From positions 24,824 to 88,823 of the forward strand of contig DFXY01000004.1 in assembly GCA_002381945.1 (NCBI GenBank): 64,000 nucleotides of DNA, written 5' to 3'. The notes below the pieces were generated by a model. That model ran no database searches. It was not told the origin of the DNA and saw only the letters and a list, made by a program, of their open reading frames with translations. Each line of letters starts with the position of its first letter. Within the stretch, counting starts at the first letter, position 1. Source of the stretch: Bacteriovoracaceae bacterium UBA4096. Its GTDB lineage: Bacteria; Bdellovibrionota; Bacteriovoracia; Bacteriovoracales; Bacteriovoracaceae. The translations under genes were made by a program, and so were the position numbers. Shown piece after piece: positions 35,625 to 44,138 of this stretch.

Positions 35625-36788
35625 TTAATGTCTATAAACTGATCTTTTGGCCATAAACAGTCTTGCTCCAAGACAAGTCAAGAATGCCATTACGCCAACC
35701 TGCCATCCAAATAATTCCATTCCCATCATGGCAGAAGCAAAAGGCGTCCCCGTTACGGCCCCAAATAAACTTACCATACCAAGAGAAGAACTTAGACCAA
35801 AGTTTCTTAAACCAAAAAAGGCCGCCATTCCATTAGAAAGGGTCGCGCCCATAAATAGTAGCGGTGTGACTTCCCCACCTTTAAAACCAACCGATAGAGT
35901 CATGACAGTAAGTAAACATTTCATCAAGAAATCAAAGTGACTCATCTCAGAAAAAAAAGACCTGGCGATGGTGTCAGTGCCAATACCTATATATTGATGG
36001 CCATCAGTAAAAAAAACCAAGCTACTAATCAATAGACCACCGAAAAACATCTTTTGCACAAGCTCGGGAAACAGTGAGGAAATGAGTTTTGTGTAACCTT
36101 TAAGTCCCCAATAAAAAATATTCGCCCCGATTCCGGAAGAAAAAATAACGATGATTCCATAAACCAGCAGATCTTTATTCAGATCAAAAGAAACCTGAAA
36201 GTGCTGATGAGCTGGCCCAAGAATACTCTGAACAAACAGTGCACTAAAAGCAGAGATGACAGCACATATTATTAATTCAAGCTTCATCCAATGCTTAAAA
36301 GCATTAAGTTCAAAAGCAAAAATAATGGCCGTCAGAGGGGTTCCAAAGATAGAAGAAAAACCTGCAGCGATTCCGCCATAAACAAGATAAGGCCGCATCC
36401 GTGAAAATGTTTTATGAAATTTAGGGAGATAATGAGCAACACTCGCCCCCATAATGACTCCCACCCCTTCTCGTCCGGCCGAACCTCCAAAAAGATGGGT
36501 GCCGAGAGAGGACAATAAAATAAAGGGGGCCATCCATGTAGAGACCTTCGCTTTTTCGTTTTCTATTTCCTCCAAGATGTAAGGAACACCCTGGTTAATG
36601 TGATGAGGTATTTTTTTTAAGATTAAAGCAAATAATAAACCAAAGACCGGCAATCCCCAGATCAGATAAGGATGACCTGATCTAAAAGTGCTTGTATAAG
36701 CTAAAAGATGAAGGAACAGAGATGAAAAGATAGCAGAGACCAAACCTATAAACATGGCCATTGCGGATATTTTGAAAATTTTAGGCAT
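35625..36788 (-). CDS. eriC: Short CBS-less CLC family anion channel/antiporter, putative fluoride-specific CLC-F
   Basis: ATG at 36788 (SD GGAG 5 nt upstream) is preferred over the GTG at 36836, which would read through the riboswitch. 387 aa. Gating-Glu motif 'GGSAGREGVGVIMG'. Sits directly behind a fluoride riboswitch. Confidence 0.8.
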   Translation of the reverse strand: MPKIFKISAMAMFIGLVSAIFSSLFLHLLAYTSTFRSGHPYLIWGLPVFGLLFALILKKIPHHINQGVPYILEEIENEKAKVSTWMAPFILLSSLGTHLFGGSAGREGVGVIMGASVAHYLPKFHKTFSRMRPYLVYGGIAAGFSSIFGTPLTAIIFAFELNAFKHWMKLELIICAVISAFSALFVQSILGPAHQHFQVSFDLNKDLLVYGIIVIFSSGIGANIFYWGLKGYTKLISSLFPELVQKMFFGGLLISSLVFFTDGHQYIGIGTDTIARSFFSEMSHFDFLMKCLLTVMTLSVGFKGGEVTPLLFMGATLSNGMAAFFGLRNFGLSSSLGMVSLFGAVTGTPFASAMMGMELFGWQVGVMAFLTCLGARLFMAKRSVYRH

Positions 36789-36872
36789 AGTTCTCCTACA
36801 AATAGTAGGAATCATCAGCGGTCGTTTTAGCGACACTTACGGCGGTTATAAGGTGGGAATCCATCACCTGTT
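36789..36872 (-). promoter_or_regulatory. Fluoride riboswitch (crcB RNA motif) plus SD-sequestering expression platform
   Basis: Minus-strand RNA is GGUGAUGGAUUCCCACC-UUAUAACCGCC-GUAAGU-GUCGCUAAAACGAC-CGCUGAUGAUUCCUAC-UAUUU-GUAGGAGAACU-AUG. It matches the conserved GGxGAUGG..CC / AUAAC.GC / CUGAUGAxxCCUAC layout and sits upstream of a CLC gene. Confidence 0.8.
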
Positions 36873-36887
36873 TCTATTATAAAATCT

Positions 36888-36909
36888 GGCAGGACGATTA
36901 AATCCTGCC
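36888..36909 (-). terminator. Terminator of hpf
   Basis: Minus strand GGCAGGA-TTTAATCG-TCCTGCC followed by AGATTTT. 6 nt after the hpf stop. Confidence 0.6.
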
Positions 36910-36915
36910 GACTAT

Positions 36916-37281
36916 TTATTCTTCATCATCAATAATGACTTCTTCAACTAGAAGATCTTTGGCGCTAGTACGATCAGTTAATCTTCCAACCATTGTATCA
37001 AGGGAGCGCAAGAGTTTGTCTGAAGCACCTTCAATTGCCTGATGGATGGTATCAGCATTATGACTGACAACAACTGGCTGGTGGTTAGCAATACGAGCTT
37101 CTAATAGGCAACGCTTGTCATTGGAAGAGGTCTTGCCGCCGTTTTCGTCAGATAAGTGAACTTCAATTCGAGTGATAGCATTTTTGAATCTTTCAAAATG
37201 CTCAGATAAGCTGCTATCAATGTAGCTATTTAGTTCTGAGCTTCCTTCAATATTGTGGTCTGTATTTACCTGAATGTTCAT
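36916..37281 (-). CDS. hpf: Ribosome hibernation promoting factor / RaiA family (short form)
   Basis: 121 aa. 'MNIQVNTDHNIEGSSELNSYI...RIEVHLSDENG...CLLEARIANHQPVVVSHNADTIHQAIEGASDKLLRSL' fits the beta-alpha-beta-beta-beta-alpha S30AE/HPF pattern. Confidence 0.7.
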   Translation of the reverse strand: MNIQVNTDHNIEGSSELNSYIDSSLSEHFERFKNAITRIEVHLSDENGGKTSSNDKRCLLEARIANHQPVVVSHNADTIHQAIEGASDKLLRSLDTMVGRLTDRTSAKDLLVEEVIIDDEE

Positions 37282-37418
37282 TTCAATCCCCTAAAATATG
37301 TATTTTTAGAATTCTACGATAATATCCTAACCGATTTACCAGCTATTTTGCTCCTTTAATCAAAAAAATCTCTAATATTTGTCATGTTTCCGTATCTTTT
37401 TTAACTTACAATGGATTT

Positions 37419-38030
37419 ATGAGTTTTTTAGTGGTTTTTAATGGTCAATTCTCTCCCCTGGTTCACCCTACATCCTCCGCTGTCAGGACAGGAATCCCTC
37501 CGGTTAATTCGCTTAGCAAACTTAACGAAGTAGATGAATTTAAAGAACTGCTGGAGGAGGTCAAACAAAATGAGGGATTAAAGAAATCTTATCAAAAGCT
37601 GGAGGTCTACAAACAGGCCACAAAGACTTTTGAAGAGCAACGTAAACGCCACCATGCCAAAGATATCATGACCTATCCAGTAATAGTCATCTCCCAAAAT
37701 TCTTCGGTTTTTGAAGCGCAGACACTACTCAATAAGTATAGGTTTCGTCATTTGCCAGTAGTTGATGATAAGGGAATGATTGTTGGGATGATATCAGATC
37801 GAGAACTGGCAGGAAAATTTGAAAACAAATCCTGTAAAGACATTATGACCAATAAAATTATTGTGTGTGAAGAGCACGCAAGTGTGAATGAAATAGCTAT
37901 TATTCTTCTGAAAGAAAGAATAAACGCTCTTCCCATTATTAACCACAAACGAGAATTAACCGGGATTATTACTCTGAGTAATATCTTACAATTTGTGATC
38001 GCATCGACGGCCTTCCTGGGGAAAGCCTAA
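37419..38030 (+). CDS. CBS-pair domain protein
   Basis: 203 aa. About 75-aa N-terminal extension, then two CBS motifs ('IMTYPVIVI...FRHLPVVDDKGMIVGMISDRE' and 'IMTNKIIVC...INALPIINHKRELTGIITLSN'). Confidence 0.8.
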   Translation: MSFLVVFNGQFSPLVHPTSSAVRTGIPPVNSLSKLNEVDEFKELLEEVKQNEGLKKSYQKLEVYKQATKTFEEQRKRHHAKDIMTYPVIVISQNSSVFEAQTLLNKYRFRHLPVVDDKGMIVGMISDRELAGKFENKSCKDIMTNKIIVCEEHASVNEIAIILLKERINALPIINHKRELTGIITLSNILQFVIASTAFLGKA

Positions 38031-38142
38031 AAAATATACCGAATAATAATTCCTAAAGCTGTACATGTCCCTAATCTAAAACCGGGTACTCAAAATCCAA
38101 TGGCATGCTAAAACAGGATAAACCATCTCATCTTTATTGGCA

Positions 38143-39381
38143 TTATTTAAGTCCTATCAAATAGAGAGCTTCCGTCTTGGCGATTTGATAATCTCTTTTT
38201 ACTTCAGCAAATTTAGTCTTTGCCTCAATCCAACGTTGATTTGCCTGGAGTACATCCGGGGAGTTTTTTATTCCTTTAGAATATTCACTCATAATACCCT
38301 CACGGTATTCTGACATAAGCTTAACACTCTCCTCCGCGCCATGAATGAGTTTATGAGCAAGTTCTAATTTTCTGGTGGCATTCCCTGTCTCATTTTCTAG
38401 CATCAAAGATTGTTTTCGTAAGAGATGTTCTCGTGATCTTGCCTGGGCCGCACTGGCCGCAGATTGAGCGATACCTTCGCCTCCATCAAAAAGAGGAAGA
38501 GTAAACTTAAAACCAAATGTCACATCATTTCGTTGCCCAACTTCACTGTACTCCCTTTCTTTCTGGGTAAAACGAAGGGCGTAACCATAAAGATCCAGTT
38601 TGGGTGCCCACCATCTGGAAGCCGTTTTATTTTCAATACGAGCAATCTCGGAATTAAGAAATGCTTTTTTCAAAAGAATGGAATTTGAGAAATCTGTTGT
38701 AGATTCAAAAAGTGGTCCGTGTTCAGGATGAATATTTTCGGAGACAACTCGGATTGCTTCATCTGGATGAAGACCAAGCAAGACAGAAATCAATCTTGAA
38801 ACGACTCCCTGTTCATACCTTAGGGTCTCATATTCCTGTTCCAGAGCAACTTTTTGTTGCTTGAAATCGATAAGATCAGTTTTTGTTGAAAGACCTGCAT
38901 TAATTCTTTTCCGGGCCCCCGAGAAGTTCTTCTCATTCATTCTTAAAGCTTCTTCCAGAATAAGCTGGATCTCCTTTAAAAACGCATACTGAGCTAATGC
39001 CTGTCTTCCTTCAGATAATACTTTTGCCTTGGTAATGGTTGCATCAACCAATGCCAGATGGGCCTCTTTGTTTCTTCGCTCATTTTCCAGGGCATCTCGT
39101 CCGGAATTAAAAACATTTACTTCCGCCTCAATACCGCCAAAAGGCTGATTTAATGAATGATAAGGACCGGTCGTGAATCTCTCTCTTCCATAGGTCAGAT
39201 TTATCTTAGGAAGAAAGGATCTAGAAAGTGATCCTTTCAACTTTTCACTGCTTGTTAACCGATCCATCAAACTCTGAAGTTCAGGAGTCGATTCAATCCT
39301 GGCCCTTAAGTAATCCTCATCCACCTGGATGGAAGCTGAGGCAACAAAGGAAAAAATAAACGTAAAAATCAAGAGGCCCAT
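38143..39381 (-). CDS. TolC-family outer-membrane efflux factor (RND system 1)
   Basis: 412 aa with a signal peptide. Two-repeat helical/beta layout. Last gene of the RND-1 operon. Confidence 0.75.
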   Translation of the reverse strand: MGLLIFTFIFSFVASASIQVDEDYLRARIESTPELQSLMDRLTSSEKLKGSLSRSFLPKINLTYGRERFTTGPYHSLNQPFGGIEAEVNVFNSGRDALENERRNKEAHLALVDATITKAKVLSEGRQALAQYAFLKEIQLILEEALRMNEKNFSGARKRINAGLSTKTDLIDFKQQKVALEQEYETLRYEQGVVSRLISVLLGLHPDEAIRVVSENIHPEHGPLFESTTDFSNSILLKKAFLNSEIARIENKTASRWWAPKLDLYGYALRFTQKEREYSEVGQRNDVTFGFKFTLPLFDGGEGIAQSAASAAQARSREHLLRKQSLMLENETGNATRKLELAHKLIHGAEESVKLMSEYREGIMSEYSKGIKNSPDVLQANQRWIEAKTKFAEVKRDYQIAKTEALYLIGLK

Positions 39382-39389
39382 AGTTCCAC

Positions 39390-39836
39390 CTAGTCTAAAT
39401 TTGAGAAGCCAACAAAGAGGTCTTGCTTGCCTTTCTTAAGAAAAAAATCAATGTTAAAAGGTTTATACTCAACCTTAGGTAGTTCACCGGTAAAGTGATT
39501 GCCATTTTTTTTGAGCTTAAATTCACCTACGTAAGTAAATTTCCCCTTCTTTTTAACTTCCAGTTTAGCGGACACTTCAGGAGAGAATTCTTTTAAATCC
39601 ACTACATTCATCTTTTCATCAAAGATATACATACTTAATTTTCCGGAAGCCGCCCTGACTAGTTCGGCCTTATAGAGGAACTTTGCTTTATTCCCCTTAC
39701 CGGCTTCCGTTTTTTCAACAATTGGTGACATGACACCACCAAACTTTCCGCCTTCTTCAACATCACCATGTCCGCCTTCATGGGCCGACAAAGAAAAAGC
39801 TAAAATCATGAGAAAACATAAACTTAATACTTTCAT
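39390..39836 (-). CDS. Small secreted His-rich protein in the position usually held by the periplasmic adaptor
   Basis: 148 aa with a signal peptide. The mature N-terminus is 'HEGGHGDVEEGGKFGG', followed by a Lys-rich, beta-rich body. TAATG overlap with the RND gene stop. Confidence 0.6.
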   Translation of the reverse strand: MKVLSLCFLMILAFSLSAHEGGHGDVEEGGKFGGVMSPIVEKTEAGKGNKAKFLYKAELVRAASGKLSMYIFDEKMNVVDLKEFSPEVSAKLEVKKKGKFTYVGEFKLKKNGNHFTGELPKVEYKPFNIDFFLKKGKQDLFVGFSNLD

Positions 39837-42800
39837 TAAAACTCCTCAGTTTTAAGTCGTTGATATTTTTCAATGGCCTTTTGAGAAGCCTTTTCTCCAA
39901 AAAGCCAAAACAAAACGGGTGTAACAATAAGATCAAGAAGAGTAGAAGTTAGAAGTCCTCCCACAATGACCACGGCAACAGGATGAAGAATTTCTTTACC
40001 TGGTTCTCCTTTGGCAAATAACAATGGAGTGAGTGCAAGGACAGCTGTTAATGCCGTCATCAAAACAGGAACAAGTCTTTCCAATGTCCCTCTAATGATC
40101 ATGTTCTTTCCAAATTTCTCTTTTTCCTCAATCATGAGATGAAGATAATGAGAGATCATCATAATCCCATTTCGAGAGGCAATCCCACATAGGGTGACGA
40201 ACGCAATTAAGGAGGCCAGTGAGAATGATCTTGAAGTGAGATATATAGCGGCGACACTACCAATCAGGGCCAGCGGAATATTCAGCATAATCTGAATTGC
40301 CAAGACAGCTGAATTAAAATGGAAAAAAAGAACCAGAAAGACCAAGGTAAAAGATAACAGACCTAGCCAGATCATTTGTTGAGACGATCTGAGTTGCCCT
40401 TCAAATTGACCACCCACTTCCATATGGTAGCCTTCCGGCCAGTCGATCTCTTCAATTGTGTTTTTGATTCTTGCCACCAGTTCATTTAAGTCAGCGCCTT
40501 CTGAATTGGCAGAAACAACCAGTCGACGTTGAAGTCCTTCCCGATTGATCATATTGGGTCCATTGCCTTTATAGACATTGGCCAAATCTTTCACTTTGAC
40601 GTGGTCTCCGGTAGGTAGAAGTTTTAAACTGATATTTTCAATCGCTTCGGGATCAGAGCGGGATTCTTCATCCAGCCTTAAAAGTACTCCGTGGATCTGC
40701 TGGCCTTCCACCATTTGTCCAACATCGTGTCCATTAAGAAGTGCTTCCAAATCCTGGGCCATGGTTCCAGCACTCATACGGGCCCGCTTCACTTCTTCTT
40801 TATCAATAAATATTTTAAGCTGAGGAATTTGAACTAACGGTTCAACTTGTAAATCCTTAAGTCCCGGGATGTCTTTAATCCGCTGAAAAATCTCTCCACC
40901 AATTCTTCGTAATTCTACGATATCAGGGCCAAATACCTTTAAAGCGATCTGAGATCTTACGCCAGAGAGCATATGATCCAGCCGATGGGAAATAGGTTGA
41001 CCTAAATTAACATAAACTTCCGGCCAGGTTTCTTTGATCTTATTCCTGATATGAGCGAAAACTTCCTCTTTACTCCGTTCACTCTTTCTCAGATCAACTT
41101 CTATTTCATTCCAGTTTACACCTTCGGCATGTTCATCCATTTCTGCTCGCCCTACTCTTCGAGTAGTTGATTTCACTTCAGGAATAGTGAGTAATGCTTT
41201 TTCAACTTCCATTCCCTTTTTATTGGAGGTCTCCAGGGATATCCCGGGAGTTGCCTGAAGGCCAAGAGTTGCTGAACCTTCATTGAAGGTAGGTAAAAAG
41301 TCCCTTCCCATATAAGGTATGGAGAAAAGAGTTAAAGCAAATACAACTGAAACTATAACGAGAATAGCTTTTGAGTTTGCCAAAGATTTTTCTATGATCT
41401 TACTGGCATTTTTTTTCAGGATTTTGACAAAAAACCCGTCGCTTTCGGTTTTAAGTAGATTGGTTTTTCTACCCAGAAGATAGTAACAAAGGACTGGGGT
41501 AACTGTGAGAGAGACAAAAAGAGATGCCAGAATAGAGATGATATAGGCCTCTCCCATTGGGGAAAAAAGCTTTCCTTCTAAACCACTCAAGGCGAATAGT
41601 GGAATAAAAACCAGAACAATGATAAAAGTTGAAAATACAATTGAGTTTCTTATCTCTTTTGAGGCTTCATAGATCACTTTAAGGACAGGCCTTGGCCTTT
41701 CTAATAATCGGTTCTCATTCAATCTCCTATAGACATTTTCAACATCCACGATTGCATCATCTACGAGTTCACCGATTGCAACAGCTAACCCTCCCAGGGT
41801 CATGGTGTTAACTCCAATGCCGAAATAATTAAAAATAATTGCCGTAATCACCAAAGATAATGGAATGGCAGTCAATGTGATAAAAGTAGTTCTCCAGTTA
41901 AGAAGAAACAACATAAGAACAATCGCCACCATGATTGTACCGTCGCGCAAGGCTTCACCCACATTTCCGACAGCATTCTCAATGAAGTGCGATTGTTTGA
42001 ATAAATCAGATTTTAGTTCCACGCCTGCAGGCAGGGAGAGAGCAACTTTTTTCAGTTCACTTTCAACTGTTTTAGTTAAAGAGACGGTCTCTGCAGTCGG
42101 TTGCTTTTGAATCGTCATCACCACCGCTGGCTCACCATTGATGGAACCGTTACCTCTTTTAAAATGAGCACCCAATTTAACTTCAGCAATTTCCTTAACA
42201 CTGACAGGATTTCCCAAATGAGTCCCAACATATGATTCTTCAATATGTTCGATAGTCTCAATTCTCCCTAAAGTTCGGATGAGGTATTCTTTTTCTCCGA
42301 TGTCTATAAAACCGCCTGAAGTGTTCAGACCGATTTCGGACAGTGAGTGTTTTAAATCCTCAACAGTCAGACCCTTGGATTGCAATTTCTCCGCAGACAC
42401 TAAGATCTGATATTGCTTGAGATCTCCTCCAATCGTAACAATTTGACTGACTCCCGGTATGGCCAGCAGTCGGGGTTTTACCGTCCATTCTGCCAATGTT
42501 CTTAGTTCCATTGGACTTACTTTGCCTGAAGGAGAAGTCAAGGCCACAAACATGATTTCACCCATAATGGATGAACTAGGAGTCATAATAGGTGAAATAT
42601 CAGGAGGCAGTTTTTCTTTTGCTAGCTCAAGCCTCTCAGCAACAATCTGGCGATTCTTAAAAACATCTGTGCCCCAATCAAACTCAGCGTGCACAATAGA
42701 AATTCCTGCCCCACTTGATGAACGAAGCCGCAAAAGACCCGGCAACCCATTTAACACATACTCAATTGGTAAAGTCACTTGAACTTCAGTTTCTTCCGGA

Positions 42801-42988
42801 GCAAATCCCCGGGCCTCAGTCATAATAGTAACAATAGGACGGTTAAGATCAGGAAAAACATCAACTGGAAGATGTATCGCCTGCCATGTTCCAATAATCA
42901 TCAAAATTAATGCCGCTGTCAGCACGGCAAGCCTTTGGCGCAAGGCCAATTTAATAATAGAATTCAGCACTTTTAGTAGTCCTTTCAA
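39836..42988 (-). CDS. Heavy-metal-efflux (HME) RND transporter, CusA/CzcA family (system 1)
   Basis: 1050 aa with 12-TM RND architecture. TM4 motif 'AIGELVDDAIVDVEN' at nt 41735-41779. Confidence 0.9.
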   Translation of the reverse strand: MKGLLKVLNSIIKLALRQRLAVLTAALILMIIGTWQAIHLPVDVFPDLNRPIVTIMTEARGFAPEETEVQVTLPIEYVLNGLPGLLRLRSSSGAGISIVHAEFDWGTDVFKNRQIVAERLELAKEKLPPDISPIMTPSSSIMGEIMFVALTSPSGKVSPMELRTLAEWTVKPRLLAIPGVSQIVTIGGDLKQYQILVSAEKLQSKGLTVEDLKHSLSEIGLNTSGGFIDIGEKEYLIRTLGRIETIEHIEESYVGTHLGNPVSVKEIAEVKLGAHFKRGNGSINGEPAVVMTIQKQPTAETVSLTKTVESELKKVALSLPAGVELKSDLFKQSHFIENAVGNVGEALRDGTIMVAIVLMLFLLNWRTTFITLTAIPLSLVITAIIFNYFGIGVNTMTLGGLAVAIGELVDDAIVDVENVYRRLNENRLLERPRPVLKVIYEASKEIRNSIVFSTFIIVLVFIPLFALSGLEGKLFSPMGEAYIISILASLFVSLTVTPVLCYYLLGRKTNLLKTESDGFFVKILKKNASKIIEKSLANSKAILVIVSVVFALTLFSIPYMGRDFLPTFNEGSATLGLQATPGISLETSNKKGMEVEKALLTIPEVKSTTRRVGRAEMDEHAEGVNWNEIEVDLRKSERSKEEVFAHIRNKIKETWPEVYVNLGQPISHRLDHMLSGVRSQIALKVFGPDIVELRRIGGEIFQRIKDIPGLKDLQVEPLVQIPQLKIFIDKEEVKRARMSAGTMAQDLEALLNGHDVGQMVEGQQIHGVLLRLDEESRSDPEAIENISLKLLPTGDHVKVKDLANVYKGNGPNMINREGLQRRLVVSANSEGADLNELVARIKNTIEEIDWPEGYHMEVGGQFEGQLRSSQQMIWLGLLSFTLVFLVLFFHFNSAVLAIQIMLNIPLALIGSVAAIYLTSRSFSLASLIAFVTLCGIASRNGIMMISHYLHLMIEEKEKFGKNMIIRGTLERLVPVLMTALTAVLALTPLLFAKGEPGKEILHPVAVVIVGGLLTSTLLDLIVTPVLFWLFGEKASQKAIEKYQRLKTEEF

Positions 42989-43017
42989 TTTATATTAAAT
43001 GCGAGAAAAGAAAGTAT

Positions 43018-43332
43018 TTAGGCTATGGGCGGGCGGTAAAGAACTTGAGGCACTGATCGCGTGAATTGAACCGTAGCAACGAATTGAACAACAAACGACG
43101 GAGTAATGTTCATCATACTAAAAATGGGCACTGAAAGAGCAGCAAAATGGCACTGACTACAGGTATGAGAACAATGATTAGCAGTGGCATCATCATTCTT
43201 CTCAGTAGGTCCCGAAGTATGCTCTTCAGAAAAATGACTACTCATGTCGTCTTCACAAAAGCATCCTGTCTCAGCTACTGAGGCAGAAATAAAGGAAGTG
43301 AGCATTAAAATCATTAATAGAAGTAACTTCAC
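43018..43332 (-). CDS. Small secreted Cys/His-rich protein ending in RPPIA, unknown function
   Basis: 104 aa with a signal peptide. 'GCFCEDD', 'HCSHTCSQCH', and C-terminal '..PQVLYRPPIA'. 29 nt upstream of the RND-1 gene. Confidence 0.55.
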   Translation of the reverse strand: MKLLLLMILMLTSFISASVAETGCFCEDDMSSHFSEEHTSGPTEKNDDATANHCSHTCSQCHFAALSVPIFSMMNITPSFVVQFVATVQFTRSVPQVLYRPPIA

Positions 43333-43369
43333 GCTCTCATTCTAGGAGGAAAAAGATCGAAAATCAATT

Positions 43370-44098
43370 TCAATTCTTTACTGAATTGTCCAAAGCAGCT
43401 TTTTCCAGTTTAATCACATAAGATTGAATCGCTAACTCGCTTAAAAATCTTTGATGTGGCTTATGCAAAGACGACAATTTAATCTTCCATACTTCTACGT
43501 TTTGAGCTTCTGATTGAGAGCTAATAACATCTATTTTGTGTCCCCAATCTCTTACAATCTCTCCAATAATAATAGTGCCTTTACCGTCTAATGAATCCAC
43601 ATGAATAAAATAATCTGTCCAAACACTTGCATGGAGATTCCTCTTATCCATGAAAGAATGGACCCAAAGAAGTACATAAATCATGAAGGTTATACTTAAA
43701 CCGAAAGTAAAAAAACCTAGTCCAAAAACCAAACCAACCGCGGCCGTTGCCCAGATGCCTGCAGCAGTAGTTAAACCACTTATAATACGGCCAGAACGAA
43801 AAACTGCCCCTGCTCCTAAAAAACCCACCCCGCTCACAATTTGTGCTGGTATTCGGGCGCCATCAATAAATATATGCTGATTCATCACCAATCGAGCTGT
43901 TAGAGTAAAAACACAGGAGCCTAGTGCCACCATTGCAAATGTTCTCAGACCTGCCGCCTTTTGGGCTTTTTCACGTTCCTTACCTACAACTGTTCCTGCA
44001 AAAATTGCTCCTAAACAGCATAAGAAGTAAGAATAAATGGGAGGCATGTAATCAAAAAGGTTAAAAAGAAAAATGTCATTCAATAATTCATTACTCAT
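43370..44098 (-). CDS. mgtC: MgtC/SapB family membrane protein
   Basis: 242 aa. 'GKEREKAQKAAGLRTFAMVALGSCVFT' and 'GAGAVFRSG..ISGLTTAAGIWATAAVGL' are typical MgtC N-domain motifs. Soluble C-terminal domain. Confidence 0.8.
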   Translation of the reverse strand: MSNELLNDIFLFNLFDYMPPIYSYFLCCLGAIFAGTVVGKEREKAQKAAGLRTFAMVALGSCVFTLTARLVMNQHIFIDGARIPAQIVSGVGFLGAGAVFRSGRIISGLTTAAGIWATAAVGLVFGLGFFTFGLSITFMIYVLLWVHSFMDKRNLHASVWTDYFIHVDSLDGKGTIIIGEIVRDWGHKIDVISSQSEAQNVEVWKIKLSSLHKPHQRFLSELAIQSYVIKLEKAALDNSVKN

Positions 44099-44138
44099 CT
44101 AAATAGAGTAAGTTGTTTGAACTGGTTATGACAAGGAG

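Noticed and set aside
36789-36836. GTG start at 36836 for the CLC gene, as in the ORF track.
   Set aside because: That start would translate through the fluoride aptamer and add a non-hydrophobic 16-aa extension. The ATG at 36788 has a proper GGAG Shine-Dalgarno and fits the riboswitch expression platform.
37282-37418. Possible sigma-54 promoter (TGGCAC-N5-TTGC) upstream of hpf.
   Set aside because: The closest match is only a weak 'TGGTAAATCGGTTAG', which is not convincing.
40578-42782. Plus-strand ORFs 40578-40823, 41865-42110 and 42459-42782 inside RND-1.
   Set aside because: They are antisense shadow frames of the 1050-aa RND gene, with no independent support.
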